The notes beneath the pieces were generated by a model. That model was not told where the DNA came from and made no database searches. It saw only the letters and a program-made list of their open reading frames with translations. DNA of 64,000 bases from a virus (lineage: Duplodnaviria; Caudoviricetes). The stretch is from positions 25,746 to 89,745 of the IMG/VR virus record IMGVR_UViG_3300021399_000132. One strand, given 5' to 3'. How positions within the stretch are numbered: the stretch's first letter is position 1; every line of letters begins with the position of its first letter. Of the stretch, positions 49,165-58,614 are shown piece after piece. A program made the translations under genes and the position numbers.

Positions 49165-50158
49165 CCGTATTGTTCAGTATGTTATTATGCAAAACGCCAG
49201 ACATAACCGCCAGCGCTATTTCGTTTACCATGACAGCATTGAGAAATATGGGAATGTGATATACCGCACTCTAATTCGGCATCACGCGCCGCTCTAAATG
49301 AACGAATGAATTCGCCATCTTTTGTAAACATATTTATCTGCTTGCTGTTGCCATCGCCAATTTTACGCTTATGCTCGTCAGAAAACTTGCGACCGCGCAA
49401 ACCCTCCGAACGTCTCCTAAGAGTCTCTTCCGAAAGATTCTCACGGCGACGTGCATTAGATAACTTGGCTCTTGTCTCTGCGGAAGGGTGGTAATCTGGT
49501 GTCCCATCTCCGCCTGACGTCATGTTATAACCGTATGCTGAATCTTGCGTGTGCCAAAGACTGATTAACATACGCTCAGCCATCTTTGCTTCTTTTTCGC
49601 CGACGTCTGTGAGTATAACTTTGTGTTCGAATCCGTCCCATCCGTACTTCTCAATCGCAGAATAAAAATGCGGGTTCTCTTTGTACCCGCGTCCACCACT
49701 CCAACGATGCTCGATTTTTGGTTTAGACGTAATGCCAACATAACGTTTGCCATTTGTTTTGTTTACATGAACGTAAACTTTCCACTTCTTTTCCAAAGTT
49801 ACTCTCCTTCTTTGCATAATAAAAACAGGGTCGCTAACCCTGACTGGTATCTAAATACTCCTCTATATTTCTATAGAGCGCAGATCATATCTTCACCTTG
49901 CCACATTGTGGTTTAGGGCTCCCCACTTCGAAGCGCTTGCTTCTACGCCAAATTTAGGGCTGATCGTTGAACGTTCTCCTATTCGGAGCTTCGCTGCTGA
50001 TTGTCCAATTCTTATTCTTTTCCCGCATTCGCGCCTAGCCGTTTCATGCTTACGCTGTAGCGAATAAGACTCTAAGGAGTTTCCAGCAATTAAGGGAGTA
50101 GTTTTTACGCAACGTTTCCATTGCGCCAAGCTGTGTCGTGTGCGGTCACACACGATCA
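49165..50158 (-). mobile_element. group I intron, 994 nt, with GIY-YIG ORF 3' of P7
   Basis: CAAAGU pairs with GCUUGG (one mismatch); AAUUGCUGGAAAC core; P7 GAUCA/UGAUC; terminal G; restores EDGTK-Y-LTGE. Confidence 0.88.
49185..49796 (-). CDS. intron-encoded GIY-YIG endonuclease with NUMOD3/NUMOD1-like tail
   Basis: KVYVHVNKTNGKRYVGIT; HSAETRAKLS-type repeats; TTG start after AAGGAG. Confidence 0.88.
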   Translation of the reverse strand: MEKKWKVYVHVNKTNGKRYVGITSKPKIEHRWSGGRGYKENPHFYSAIEKYGWDGFEHKVILTDVGEKEAKMAERMLISLWHTQDSAYGYNMTSGGDGTPDYHPSAETRAKLSNARRRENLSEETLRRRSEGLRGRKFSDEHKRKIGDGNSKQINMFTKDGEFIRSFRAARDAELECGISHSHISQCCHGKRNSAGGYVWRFA

Positions 50159-50603
50159 ACTTTGTTCCGTCTTCTACAACGCACCACTGCTCAATAATGC
50201 GCTTATCTGCCGACACCCACTTCAGCAGAAAGTTACACTGCAAGAGCTTTGCTCTGGTGTATACCGTTGTATTAGCGTCACGTTCAGTAACAAGCCAGTA
50301 CTGATCCATCCAATGAACCAGCGACCCATTCTGAATATCATCACCGGGAAGTGAGAAGATGTACTTCTCGTTCAAGTTATCCGAGTTAATAATAGCCACA
50401 TTCTGTTCGAACATATATTTGGACTGCACCTGTCGGTCATCAATGTTGTAACCGTGGAAGCAGTCAAACATTTCTACCTGATGGTAGGAGAGTGTGTCCG
50501 GCACCCTCTTGTTAAGGTCATGAATCTCTCGGCGGAGAGCCGTCTGCCTTCGAGTTCTGCCATGGACGTCAGCGCGTGCTTCATAAGCCGACCACGCTGT
50601 CAT
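50159..50603 (-). CDS. putative head-closure/neck protein, exon 1
   Basis: The last 88 aa of the track ORF read into the intron; function from synteny. Confidence 0.8.
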
Positions 50604-50937
50604 CGCCGGCGACCTCCATATACTTAGTCTTCAGCTGATTGCAGATTGAAATTGCCTTGAATACTTCGCGGCGTACTTTCTTCACCGGCTCTTCGGGGTT
50701 GTCCATAATATACTGGAGAATTGCAATGAGACTCAGAAACTGAGGTTCTCTTTCCAGTTCGGGAATAAACGAACCACACCCGAGCAATTCCGACTGGAGA
50801 CTGTCAAGATAAGTTGGCAATGAGCTTTCGCCGTTCTCGAACATCGGGAGTACTTTAAAAAAACTGTTTACGAGTGATTTAAAGTAAGAATGGACGAGCT
50901 CATTGTTAATTTCGGTGTTCATGCGAGTTTCGATCAT
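50581..50937 (-). CDS. hypothetical neck-region protein
   Basis: 118-aa ORF coupled to neighbours. Confidence 0.65.
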   Translation of the reverse strand: MIETRMNTEINNELVHSYFKSLVNSFFKVLPMFENGESSLPTYLDSLQSELLGCGSFIPELEREPQFLSLIAILQYIMDNPEEPVKKVRREVFKAISICNQLKTKYMEVAGDDSVVGL

Positions 50938-51389
50938 CAGTTGATATGCAACCTCGTGAGATCGCCGTGATTGTAACTGTACTCCCGAACAGCCTGAATA
51001 TATTCCTTTTTCACGCGATCATATGCATCCCCAACGCGCCGAAGAAGTTCGGCAGGGGAGTAGGCGGTGAAGTCTCTGGTGTTAAGACCCATCTCAAGCA
51101 GTTCCTGCTTGTTCAGATAAATCTTGAGCCACTGCATCACCATTCCCTCTGAGATGATATCAACGAGTTCATCCTGGTCGAATTCGTTAATCTCGATATT
51201 GAACACCCTCTCAGCCTTGTCCATATTCGCACCTAAATCGTATTTGCAGACATGCTTGAACTGAGCAACCGCACGTTGAAGATATTCATCTACAGTTGCC
51301 TCACGTTCAGCGTCATCGAATTCCAGAAAGTCATATTCTGAAATCTTGGACAAGAATGCTGCAGTGAATACATCAAAGCTCAAGCTCAT
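50937..51389 (-). CDS. putative head-tail adaptor
   Basis: Helical 150 aa in the adaptor position. Confidence 0.55.
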   Translation of the reverse strand: MSLSFDVFTAAFLSKISEYDFLEFDDAEREATVDEYLQRAVAQFKHVCKYDLGANMDKAERVFNIEINEFDQDELVDIISEGMVMQWLKIYLNKQELLEMGLNTRDFTAYSPAELLRRVGDAYDRVKKEYIQAVREYSYNHGDLTRLHIN

Positions 51390-51406
51390 GTAAAATACCT
51401 CTTTTG

Positions 51407-51967
51407 TTATTTCTCAATGAGCTGAACACCGAGTGCCTCTTCCAGCATTGCGATAGTCTTTCTTGAGTCGATCTCGCCGTCAGCGATCTTCTCACGAGCC
51501 ATATAATTGATGGCCTTCTTCTGGCCATCGTTCAGCTTTGAAATCCTATCTCTCAGCTTCTCTGCAGGCATGTTAAACAGGTCTTCAAATTCGTCCGGCT
51601 TGATGGAGTTCTTATAATACTTAGCCATACCGAGGTAGGCCGGTACCCATTCAAACTCGGGGCCGAACATAAAGTAGTTATTTACAAAGAATGATTTGGC
51701 GGCAGACTTCGCATTGCGGAGTTCACGCAGTTCAATTTCCTGCTCATCTCCGAAACCGTCAAACACATAACGCTCACGCGTTCTTGCACTGACGTATACA
51801 AGCTTGCCGTTATAACCATTCTTAACGGTGATCAGTTCACCTAAATCAACCTCTTTAGGAATGATGGGCTCATCATCCTTAGCGGCTGATGCTTTACGGG
51901 CAGCAGCGGGTGTTACCTCTTCGGCCTCATCGACTGCCGTCTTTCGTGTAGTGCTTCTTGTTGCCAC
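51407..51967 (-). CDS. hypothetical protein after major capsid gene
   Basis: 186-aa ORF, GGAGG RBS. Confidence 0.7.
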   Translation of the reverse strand: MATRSTTRKTAVDEAEEVTPAAARKASAAKDDEPIIPKEVDLGELITVKNGYNGKLVYVSARTRERYVFDGFGDEQEIELRELRNAKSAAKSFFVNNYFMFGPEFEWVPAYLGMAKYYKNSIKPDEFEDLFNMPAEKLRDRISKLNDGQKKAINYMAREKIADGEIDSRKTIAMLEEALGVQLIEK

Positions 51968-51989
51968 GCAACGTTCCTCCTTTTACTCA

Positions 51990-52024
51990 AAAAAAATAAT
52001 AAGGGGCGTCATTGCTGACGCCCC
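51990..52024 (-). terminator. terminator after major capsid gene
   Basis: GGGGCGTC...GACGCCCC followed by a T-rich tail on the - strand. Confidence 0.8.
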
Positions 52025-52046
52025 GTGAAATCAGATCAGTCGCTGA

Positions 52047-53072
52047 TTAGTTCGGGATTTCGTAACGGCCAAGACCGGAGTTAGCGGCTGTGACCAGACC
52101 AACACCGTATGCTTCGCCATAGAAATATGTCTGAGTCAGATCAGCGTTCAGCATCGGATCGCCCATAATAACGAGCGGTTCGCCACGTCTGACAACCTTA
52201 ATCGGCTTCTCATCGCCAGCAACGATTGTGATAACATCATCCGGGAATGCGAATGTTGTTGTACCAACCTTATGGCGCTGCGGCAGAGCAAGAACAGGGG
52301 AACCATAGAATCTGCCAGCGTAGCCCATGTTGTAGTTGTCATCCTTATATCCATCACCCTGGATGGACGGGATCAGCTTGCGGAGAGCCTTCTTTGTGCC
52401 GACGATTGTAGCTGTCTTTCCACCAGCAGCTGCTTCAACGTGAGCGATGACATCGAGGACATCTTCTTCATCGTAAGCATTTGCAAGAGTCGGGAAGTAA
52501 GCAACACCACCGAGCTGATCAGAAGTCAGACCGGAATACAGTGTGAAGACGTCGTTGAGGATCTTCTGCTGGAAGGATTCAGCGACCTTGTCAATCATAT
52601 GATTGAAATCTACACGACCTGCGAGGATTCTGTTCAGTTCCTCATAAATCTTGACAGCCTTCATGGTTGTCGGGATGGTGACCTTTGTCAGTTCACCAAG
52701 TCTCTGTCTGCGGATACCCTGAGTACCGTCAGCAATTTCGTCGACGAAGAACAGTGTGCTGTCTTCAACGTCGAATTCTGCTTCGTCGCCTTCAGCAACA
52801 TTTCTGTAGTCGACAAAGTTTGTGAAGAAGTCATTCGCAGCGAGGCCTTCGGAAACTGTAGCTTCAAGCAGTTCTTCAACAAGTGTGAAGAGTCCGTTGC
52901 ACTTGCCATCGCGAATGGCTCTATAATCCAGAACGGTGCTTCCACCGTTCAGCTCGATCAGTGCTTCTCTGAGAGCGTCCTGAGACTGCTTAACAGAGTA
53001 CTTTTCTACAGATCCCTTATGAGCGTCCATAGCGAGCTTCACGAGTTCTTTTACTTCTGTCATTTCGTGCAC
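52047..53072 (-). CDS. major capsid protein
   Basis: 341 aa after protease and decoration genes; followed by a terminator. Confidence 0.75.
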   Translation of the reverse strand: MHEMTEVKELVKLAMDAHKGSVEKYSVKQSQDALREALIELNGGSTVLDYRAIRDGKCNGLFTLVEELLEATVSEGLAANDFFTNFVDYRNVAEGDEAEFDVEDSTLFFVDEIADGTQGIRRQRLGELTKVTIPTTMKAVKIYEELNRILAGRVDFNHMIDKVAESFQQKILNDVFTLYSGLTSDQLGGVAYFPTLANAYDEEDVLDVIAHVEAAAGGKTATIVGTKKALRKLIPSIQGDGYKDDNYNMGYAGRFYGSPVLALPQRHKVGTTTFAFPDDVITIVAGDEKPIKVVRRGEPLVIMGDPMLNADLTQTYFYGEAYGVGLVTAANSGLGRYEIPN

Positions 53073-53078
53073 CTCCTA

Positions 53079-53615
53079 TTAAGCAACCTTGATAACGTTG
53101 AACTTCTTAGAGCCAACTGTTTCAATCTGAATAATCTTACCGATGGTTGTTGAACCGTTTGTGGCAGAAGCAACGACCTTCAGTTTTGTGCCAGCCTGGA
53201 GCTCAACGATGGAGCCAACTGCAGGTGTGCCATCAAGAGCTTCATCTGTAACGGAGAAGATATCGTTTTCGTGCAGATGATATCCGCGAACGGGCATATC
53301 TGCTTTGTTGATATATTCATCCAGAGCGTTGTATTTAACTGTGCGATCCAGTTCAGGATTCGCAACGAGCAGGACATCCTTCAGCTTTGTTGAAGCTGTC
53401 GGAGCAACTGCCTTATATTCTTCACGGTTAATAATTGCCGGTACATTTGCACCGTCTGTCAGCAGACCAGCGCTGATGTCAACAACGTTACCGTTTTCGA
53501 TTTCCGCCGGAGCTTCTTTGCTATTGACTGTAGCGAAGAATCTAAAAGAAGCAATCTGCGGGAAACCCTGCGTACCGAGCAGCTTATCAGTACGCACTAC
53601 TGCATGTTTAGCCAT
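53079..53615 (-). CDS. putative capsid decoration protein
   Basis: 178 aa beta-rich between protease and capsid genes. Confidence 0.55.
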   Translation of the reverse strand: MAKHAVVRTDKLLGTQGFPQIASFRFFATVNSKEAPAEIENGNVVDISAGLLTDGANVPAIINREEYKAVAPTASTKLKDVLLVANPELDRTVKYNALDEYINKADMPVRGYHLHENDIFSVTDEALDGTPAVGSIVELQAGTKLKVVASATNGSTTIGKIIQIETVGSKKFNVIKVA

Positions 53616-53642
53616 TAAGTGTTTTCCTCCTTATAAAGTGGA

Positions 53643-55289
53643 TTAATCAATTTCCCCGAGGTAGTGTTCAACTACACCGCCATAAGGCTTGGGGGAGTTA
53701 CTGCGTTTAGTGTCTAATTTGATCTTCGGGGAAGATGAATTCTCATGAAGGGAGAAATTCACACTAACACCCTGTCTGCCTCGGATTGCGAAGCACTTTT
53801 CTTCCAGTGTCGCCAGATCGTACTGGTCAGCATTAGCCTGGAGTTCTTTGAATGCATCAACATCAGCGAGGTCTTCGAACTTACTGAAGAGTTCATTTCT
53901 TTCCTGCTCCGCAGCGGCAGACTCTACGCTTGCCTTGAAGTTGCGCAGCTCTTCGCATGTTGCTTCGAGGGCGTTGAACTTCTCGTTCAGTTCCGCGTAA
54001 GCAGATTCTGCACTTTCTTTTGCGGCAAACTTTTCGTCAAGCGCTTCGAACATGGAGACCATTGCCGGGTCGACGGACTGCTCTGAACCTTCAACAAAAT
54101 CGACAAATGAAATAAGCACGCGCTTCTTGGAGCCGAAGTCAACGATGCACTTGTCATTATCGAATCTGTAAGAGAGGGCGTAGTAGAGGAAGTCAACGGG
54201 GTCCTGTACATAAAGTTCTGACTTATCCGCGTCAAAGTCCTCGTACCAATAAGGGCACTTCTCTCCCCAGCGGTTCATGACCGGATGAGTTTCGAGTTCT
54301 CTACGGAACTCTTCTACCATGTTCCTGACGAGAACAAACTCTTCTGTGGAAGCTTCTTCCTCGGCTTCCTCAACCTCGGATTCAGATTCTTCAACAGCAG
54401 ACTCTGTCTCTTCTTCAACCTCAGCGAATGTTTCTTCCTGAGGTGCGCTTTCCGCGTCGGAGTCGTTGACACTTTCGGACGTCTGCATAGCTTCGAACTT
54501 CTCTGTCAGCTCTTCAATAGAAAGATCTTCGATGGAGAAATCCAGAGCTTCGACATCGATGCCGTATTTCTCGGCGAGCTCAATCTTGTCTTTCAATGTC
54601 TCTACGTCTCCTTTCGTAAAATAGTGTGGGTGTATATCATCAACATCCTCATCGGATGATGTGACCAAATTAAAAGATGCCCTCAGATCATTCATCATCT
54701 CTGAGAGCTGTTCCTTATATGCCCGCTGTGAGAATACCTCAATTGCAGCATCCTCGAAGCAGGGCTCGACTCCGATAGCAGTAAATGCCGTAAACTCGAA
54801 GTCTTTAATGTAGTACAGTCCATCTTTTGTCTCCATATCATTTACAGAGATTTCCATAGACTGGTTAGTAATGCCGTCCTTTTTTACCTTCTGATACGCA
54901 GCCTGTCTCTTCCAGAAAAGAGCTTCGGCGTACAAATACTCACGTTCAACACCGTCCTCACCGGTATAGTTCTCAAACCATACCTTGGCGCTCTCGGGGA
55001 TAACACCAATCGGATCAGTTGTGTTAATAATCCGTAATGCGCCTTCGGAATCTCTCACGAGCTCAATGTCGTGACCGCCGAGCTCATCAGTGCTGATATC
55101 GTAATTGCACACGATGGGGCAGTTGTAAATTGACGGCAATGCCTTTTCAAAGCTAGCCTTTGAAATAAATGATTTGTTTCTATTCTCACCGGTGTACGCG
55201 ATTCGAATAACACCGGCATCAAAAGATTTATTTACTTCCGTAAGCTTTGAAACATTGGAATCGAACGTGAGGTTCATAACATTTGGCAT
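53643..55289 (-). CDS. prohead protease-scaffold fusion
   Basis: N-terminal domain with NQSMEI, then an acidic coiled coil. Confidence 0.7.
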   Translation of the reverse strand: MPNVMNLTFDSNVSKLTEVNKSFDAGVIRIAYTGENRNKSFISKASFEKALPSIYNCPIVCNYDISTDELGGHDIELVRDSEGALRIINTTDPIGVIPESAKVWFENYTGEDGVEREYLYAEALFWKRQAAYQKVKKDGITNQSMEISVNDMETKDGLYYIKDFEFTAFTAIGVEPCFEDAAIEVFSQRAYKEQLSEMMNDLRASFNLVTSSDEDVDDIHPHYFTKGDVETLKDKIELAEKYGIDVEALDFSIEDLSIEELTEKFEAMQTSESVNDSDAESAPQEETFAEVEEETESAVEESESEVEEAEEEASTEEFVLVRNMVEEFRRELETHPVMNRWGEKCPYWYEDFDADKSELYVQDPVDFLYYALSYRFDNDKCIVDFGSKKRVLISFVDFVEGSEQSVDPAMVSMFEALDEKFAAKESAESAYAELNEKFNALEATCEELRNFKASVESAAAEQERNELFSKFEDLADVDAFKELQANADQYDLATLEEKCFAIRGRQGVSVNFSLHENSSSPKIKLDTKRSNSPKPYGGVVEHYLGEID

Positions 55290-55307
55290 GTGTTCACCTC
55301 CGTGTTC

Positions 55308-55499
55308 CTAGTTACCGTTCTGACTCACAAATGACATGATACTTGTCATGGCATACTGGTCAGAAGGCAAATCTATATCGAGCAACACATCGTTTTCAAA
55401 TAGGTAATAGTTTGTGTTGCCGTATATTAAATTGAATCCTTGTTTAATGAGGGCGTCCCTTGCCTCATCAGTAAACACTACGATAAATGGTTCCGTCAT
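55308..55499 (-). CDS. small hypothetical protein
   Basis: 63-aa ORF overlapping the portal stop. Confidence 0.55.
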   Translation of the reverse strand: MTEPFIVVFTDEARDALIKQGFNLIYGNTNYYLFENDVLLDIDLPSDQYAMTSIMSFVSQNGN

Positions 55500-57037
55500 T
55501 GCTCGGCCTCGATGTTCGCTTCACGCGAATCACTGACCTCGCCAACGCCCAACGTAGGACGTCCTGCTTCACCGTCAGTAGGGCTGTCGATGCTGGAAGC
55601 AGAAGTATTGTCGCTGCCCATCTGAGTCGAACTCATTAACGGTTTGAAACGCTTCTGTAAATTCAAGACGGTAGTCTCAAGATATGACATAGAGTCCATA
55701 GCCATCTGATCAAGACCCGAAGCAACACAATAATAGGAAACCATCGGGATACCGAACTGACATGCCTTTAAATAAGTGCCAAGCATCTCTTCTCTGTTGA
55801 AAGGGGAGATGTCAAGAATATTAAGTCTGAAGAAATGAGCATATGGACGCGTAGCCAAATATCTGTTAATTGCATCAGTGATTGAAAGAATGATGCCATA
55901 TGTAATAGCCTGGTCTGCCTTGATAGAAAGCAGCAACGCGTTTGAGCTTGCTTTGGCGTTGTTAAATAAAAGGGACGAAACACCTGAGGCTGTAAATAAA
56001 CTTTCCTCAGCTTCCGTGACAGTCTGAGTGTCGCCGGTGTTCGAACGCTCAAATGAAATCTTATTGATCGGCATCGGTGTGAGAACTGATCCTATTTCTT
56101 CAGGCAAAACAGCATCGAGGTTTTTCCAGAAAGCTTCAGCCTTATCCAGGTCAATGCCCCAGTTGCCTTCGGCGTCAAGGGGAATTGTCATAGACACAAG
56201 TGCGTAGTTCTCTAACGCCGCCCGCTCTAGTTTAAGGTCTTTGAACTCCTCGATATCGAAGACCTCTCTGAGCACTCCAGCGAATGGCGGAATCGCGTAT
56301 TCGATAATATCTGTATTACACTTGATCGCAAACGCCTTTGGAGAATCGAGTGTAATCCATCGATTACGGATGGATCTACCGCTCCGTTTGTATTCTTCGT
56401 ACTTAATACGGAACTCTTCGGGATATGTCTCAAGCAGGTCTTCACGATTTGTGAAATAACTAAAATTAAAAGTAACGTTAAACACGTTACCCTCAATTTC
56501 ACTGATCGCACAATAATCGGATGGAAGCTGCAAGATCGTTAACGTATCGCCAAGCTCCCACAAATATCCATAGAAAACGTCCTCACGAAGAACAACTGTC
56601 AGGATCTTTTTAAGCTGCGTTTTAAGATTCATTCCTTCAAGAATCTTTAACGTACGGCGATAGTTCAGATTAACAATGTTCGCACTGGCGTTCTTTGGAT
56701 CAATTCCATACGGCTCGATGAGATAGTCGATATCACTCAGCCCAACGAAGTACTGAATGATTCTCCTAAAGTGCGAACTAACCTGATAAATATAGCGTAC
56801 AGCTTCACGAAGCTGCCGTTCAAATCTGTATGGATTGGCAAGCCACATTGCAATATCATGCTTCTTGTATCGCATGAAGAAATGTGGGTACTGTTGTTTA
56901 TAATTGTTCAAGTCACGCAACAGAAGCGCCGTGACAGGACTTGAAAATTTAAATTCTGGAGAGGACGACTTGCCCGAACCGAGCGGGATGAAAGAACTGT
57001 CAGTCGTCGTCTTTACATCTTTTTCCATGGTTACCAC
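55496..57037 (-). CDS. portal protein
   Basis: 513 aa directly after terL. Confidence 0.75.
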   Translation of the reverse strand: MVTMEKDVKTTTDSSFIPLGSGKSSSPEFKFSSPVTALLLRDLNNYKQQYPHFFMRYKKHDIAMWLANPYRFERQLREAVRYIYQVSSHFRRIIQYFVGLSDIDYLIEPYGIDPKNASANIVNLNYRRTLKILEGMNLKTQLKKILTVVLREDVFYGYLWELGDTLTILQLPSDYCAISEIEGNVFNVTFNFSYFTNREDLLETYPEEFRIKYEEYKRSGRSIRNRWITLDSPKAFAIKCNTDIIEYAIPPFAGVLREVFDIEEFKDLKLERAALENYALVSMTIPLDAEGNWGIDLDKAEAFWKNLDAVLPEEIGSVLTPMPINKISFERSNTGDTQTVTEAEESLFTASGVSSLLFNNAKASSNALLLSIKADQAITYGIILSITDAINRYLATRPYAHFFRLNILDISPFNREEMLGTYLKACQFGIPMVSYYCVASGLDQMAMDSMSYLETTVLNLQKRFKPLMSSTQMGSDNTSASSIDSPTDGEAGRPTLGVGEVSDSREANIEAEQ

Positions 57038-58614
57038 GACCCTCCTCTGTCTATATGTCTTCTTGGGGCTCGAATTTGATACATCGAAGCCTCGGCAACA
57101 CCCTTGTTTTGACGACGAGATTCTTTAATGTCTATCTGCGTCGCAACGTAGTAACAGTAGGCAAGGGAAGAATATCTATCCTTGCGCATGCCAGTCTGTT
57201 CAAAAACACGGATGCGTGAACCAGTCTGCTCATGCCTAAGCTTTGTTAGCTCGTCGATGAGTAGGGTGGTATGAATATAAGGTAACTGCAGAGACATCTT
57301 CTCTGCGGGATTCAAACTGTTGTAGCCTTTTAACGATTTGAGATTTTCTTCCCCATCAGATTCGTTCATAAGCAAACGAATACGTCCGTTGTTCAAGGCA
57401 TCTCTTAAAAGGATCGCGCTGTCTGAGTTAAATTGCGCAGACCCCTTGATAGACCATATGCACTTTCTGGCACCCGGCACTGTGCATCTGGCCGCCATAT
57501 TATCGTCATTACAACAAGACAGCGCCGGATATATTTCACCAGTCTCTGGGTCGTCTAGATCCTTCGATAGAGCATCATAAACACCAAGACCAATTCCATT
57601 AGTGTCGAGGACTAGATAATCACATTGGAACTCGTCAAACAACCTTCTAATTACAAGAGCCTGGTCTTCTGTTCGGAGACCTTCATAGGCATTACCATAA
57701 ACAATATTGTTTGAATATCGCCCAGCCTTTGTTGGGAGCATTTGATCTATCCACACAGCCGTGGCATCGTTCTTGTGCTTCGTTGACGCCATGAGCGCGA
57801 TATCAGCGGACAGAATTCGTTTCTCACCATTTACTTTTGGTGGGATACGGATGTTTGCGTTATCTTTTAACTTTCGCGAAAGCTTGTCCGGCAACATCGG
57901 ATACCTGATTCGTCTGTTGCGCACAATCAAATCATAATTGAAGAAGGCGTTATCTGAGGCACCCCAGAACAACGCACCCATTTCTTGGCTAAACTTGATT
58001 TCACTGAAATCAGAATCGGCCATTTCGTCGGCGACAAATTCTGGGTCGAGCATGCCTTCTGCAATAGGTAATTGATAGGGGAAGCTGCATACAAACTGCT
58101 TTCTGCTTGGATTAACCATTGCATGCAATGTATCTATGCATTTCTGATAAGACCAGTTCTCTTTCCAGTAAGCGCTACTGAGGTACATTGTTAAGTTCTT
58201 TTCTTTACGCCACTCCTTCTTACGCTCCTCTAGCGATAAGGCGTTATAATCCGGTTGCCTTGTTAGCGTCAAGAACTTTCGAAGGATGGTATCAATCGTA
58301 TCCTTTGGAACAAGCCTAAATTCATCAACGAGAACAACATTTGCGCGGTTGCCACGTGCTGATTCGCCAGCCGTGACAACTTTAATTACACTTGAATTCT
58401 TAAATGTAATAATCGCGTTCGTTGGATTAATCTTAGTCTCCTTCCAATCGATCTCGGCCTTGAGCTCTGGCGACCTCGGGACTAGTTCTTGTGTGATCTT
58501 TTCGAGCACGTTGATCGATTGCGACCGAACAGACGACGCAACACAAACACGTGTGCCCGGGTAGAGTATGCATCTTACTACACAATAGATGGCGCTTAAG
58601 AATGTCTTTCCAAG
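57031..58614 (-). CDS. terL: terminase large subunit, exon 2
   Basis: LGKTFLS; Walker B VLVDEFR; nuclease ADIA...KDRYSSL; spliced protein 585 aa. Confidence 0.92.
   Translation of the reverse strand, partial: LGKTFLSAIYCVVRCILYPGTRVCVASSVRSQSINVLEKITQELVPRSPELKAEIDWKETKINPTNAIITFKNSSVIKVVTAGESARGNRANVVLVDEFRLVPKDTIDTILRKFLTLTRQPDYNALSLEERKKEWRKEKNLTMYLSSAYWKENWSYQKCIDTLHAMVNPSRKQFVCSFPYQLPIAEGMLDPEFVADEMADSDFSEIKFSQEMGALFWGASDNAFFNYDLIVRNRRIRYPMLPDKLSRKLKDNANIRIPPKVNGEKRILSADIALMASTKHKNDATAVWIDQMLPTKAGRYSNNIVYGNAYEGLRTEDQALVIRRLFDEFQCDYLVLDTNGIGLGVYDALSKDLDDPETGEIYPALSCCNDDNMAARCTVPGARKCIWSIKGSAQFNSDSAILLRDALNNGRIRLLMNESDGEENLKSLKGYNSLNPAEKMSLQLPYIHTTLLIDELTKLRHEQTGSRIRVFEQTGMRKDRYSSLAYCYYVATQIDIKESRRQNKGVAEASMYQIRAPRRHIDRGGSW

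Noticed and set aside
49893-50158. C-terminal 88 aa of ORF 49893-50603, and the N-termini of track ORFs 25165-29472, 42681-43382 and 57031-58617
   Set aside because: These are translations of intron sequence
52272-53153. Long + strand ORFs opposite the capsid and tape measure genes (also 25702-26607)
   Set aside because: Antisense shadows with no RBS or recognisable motifs
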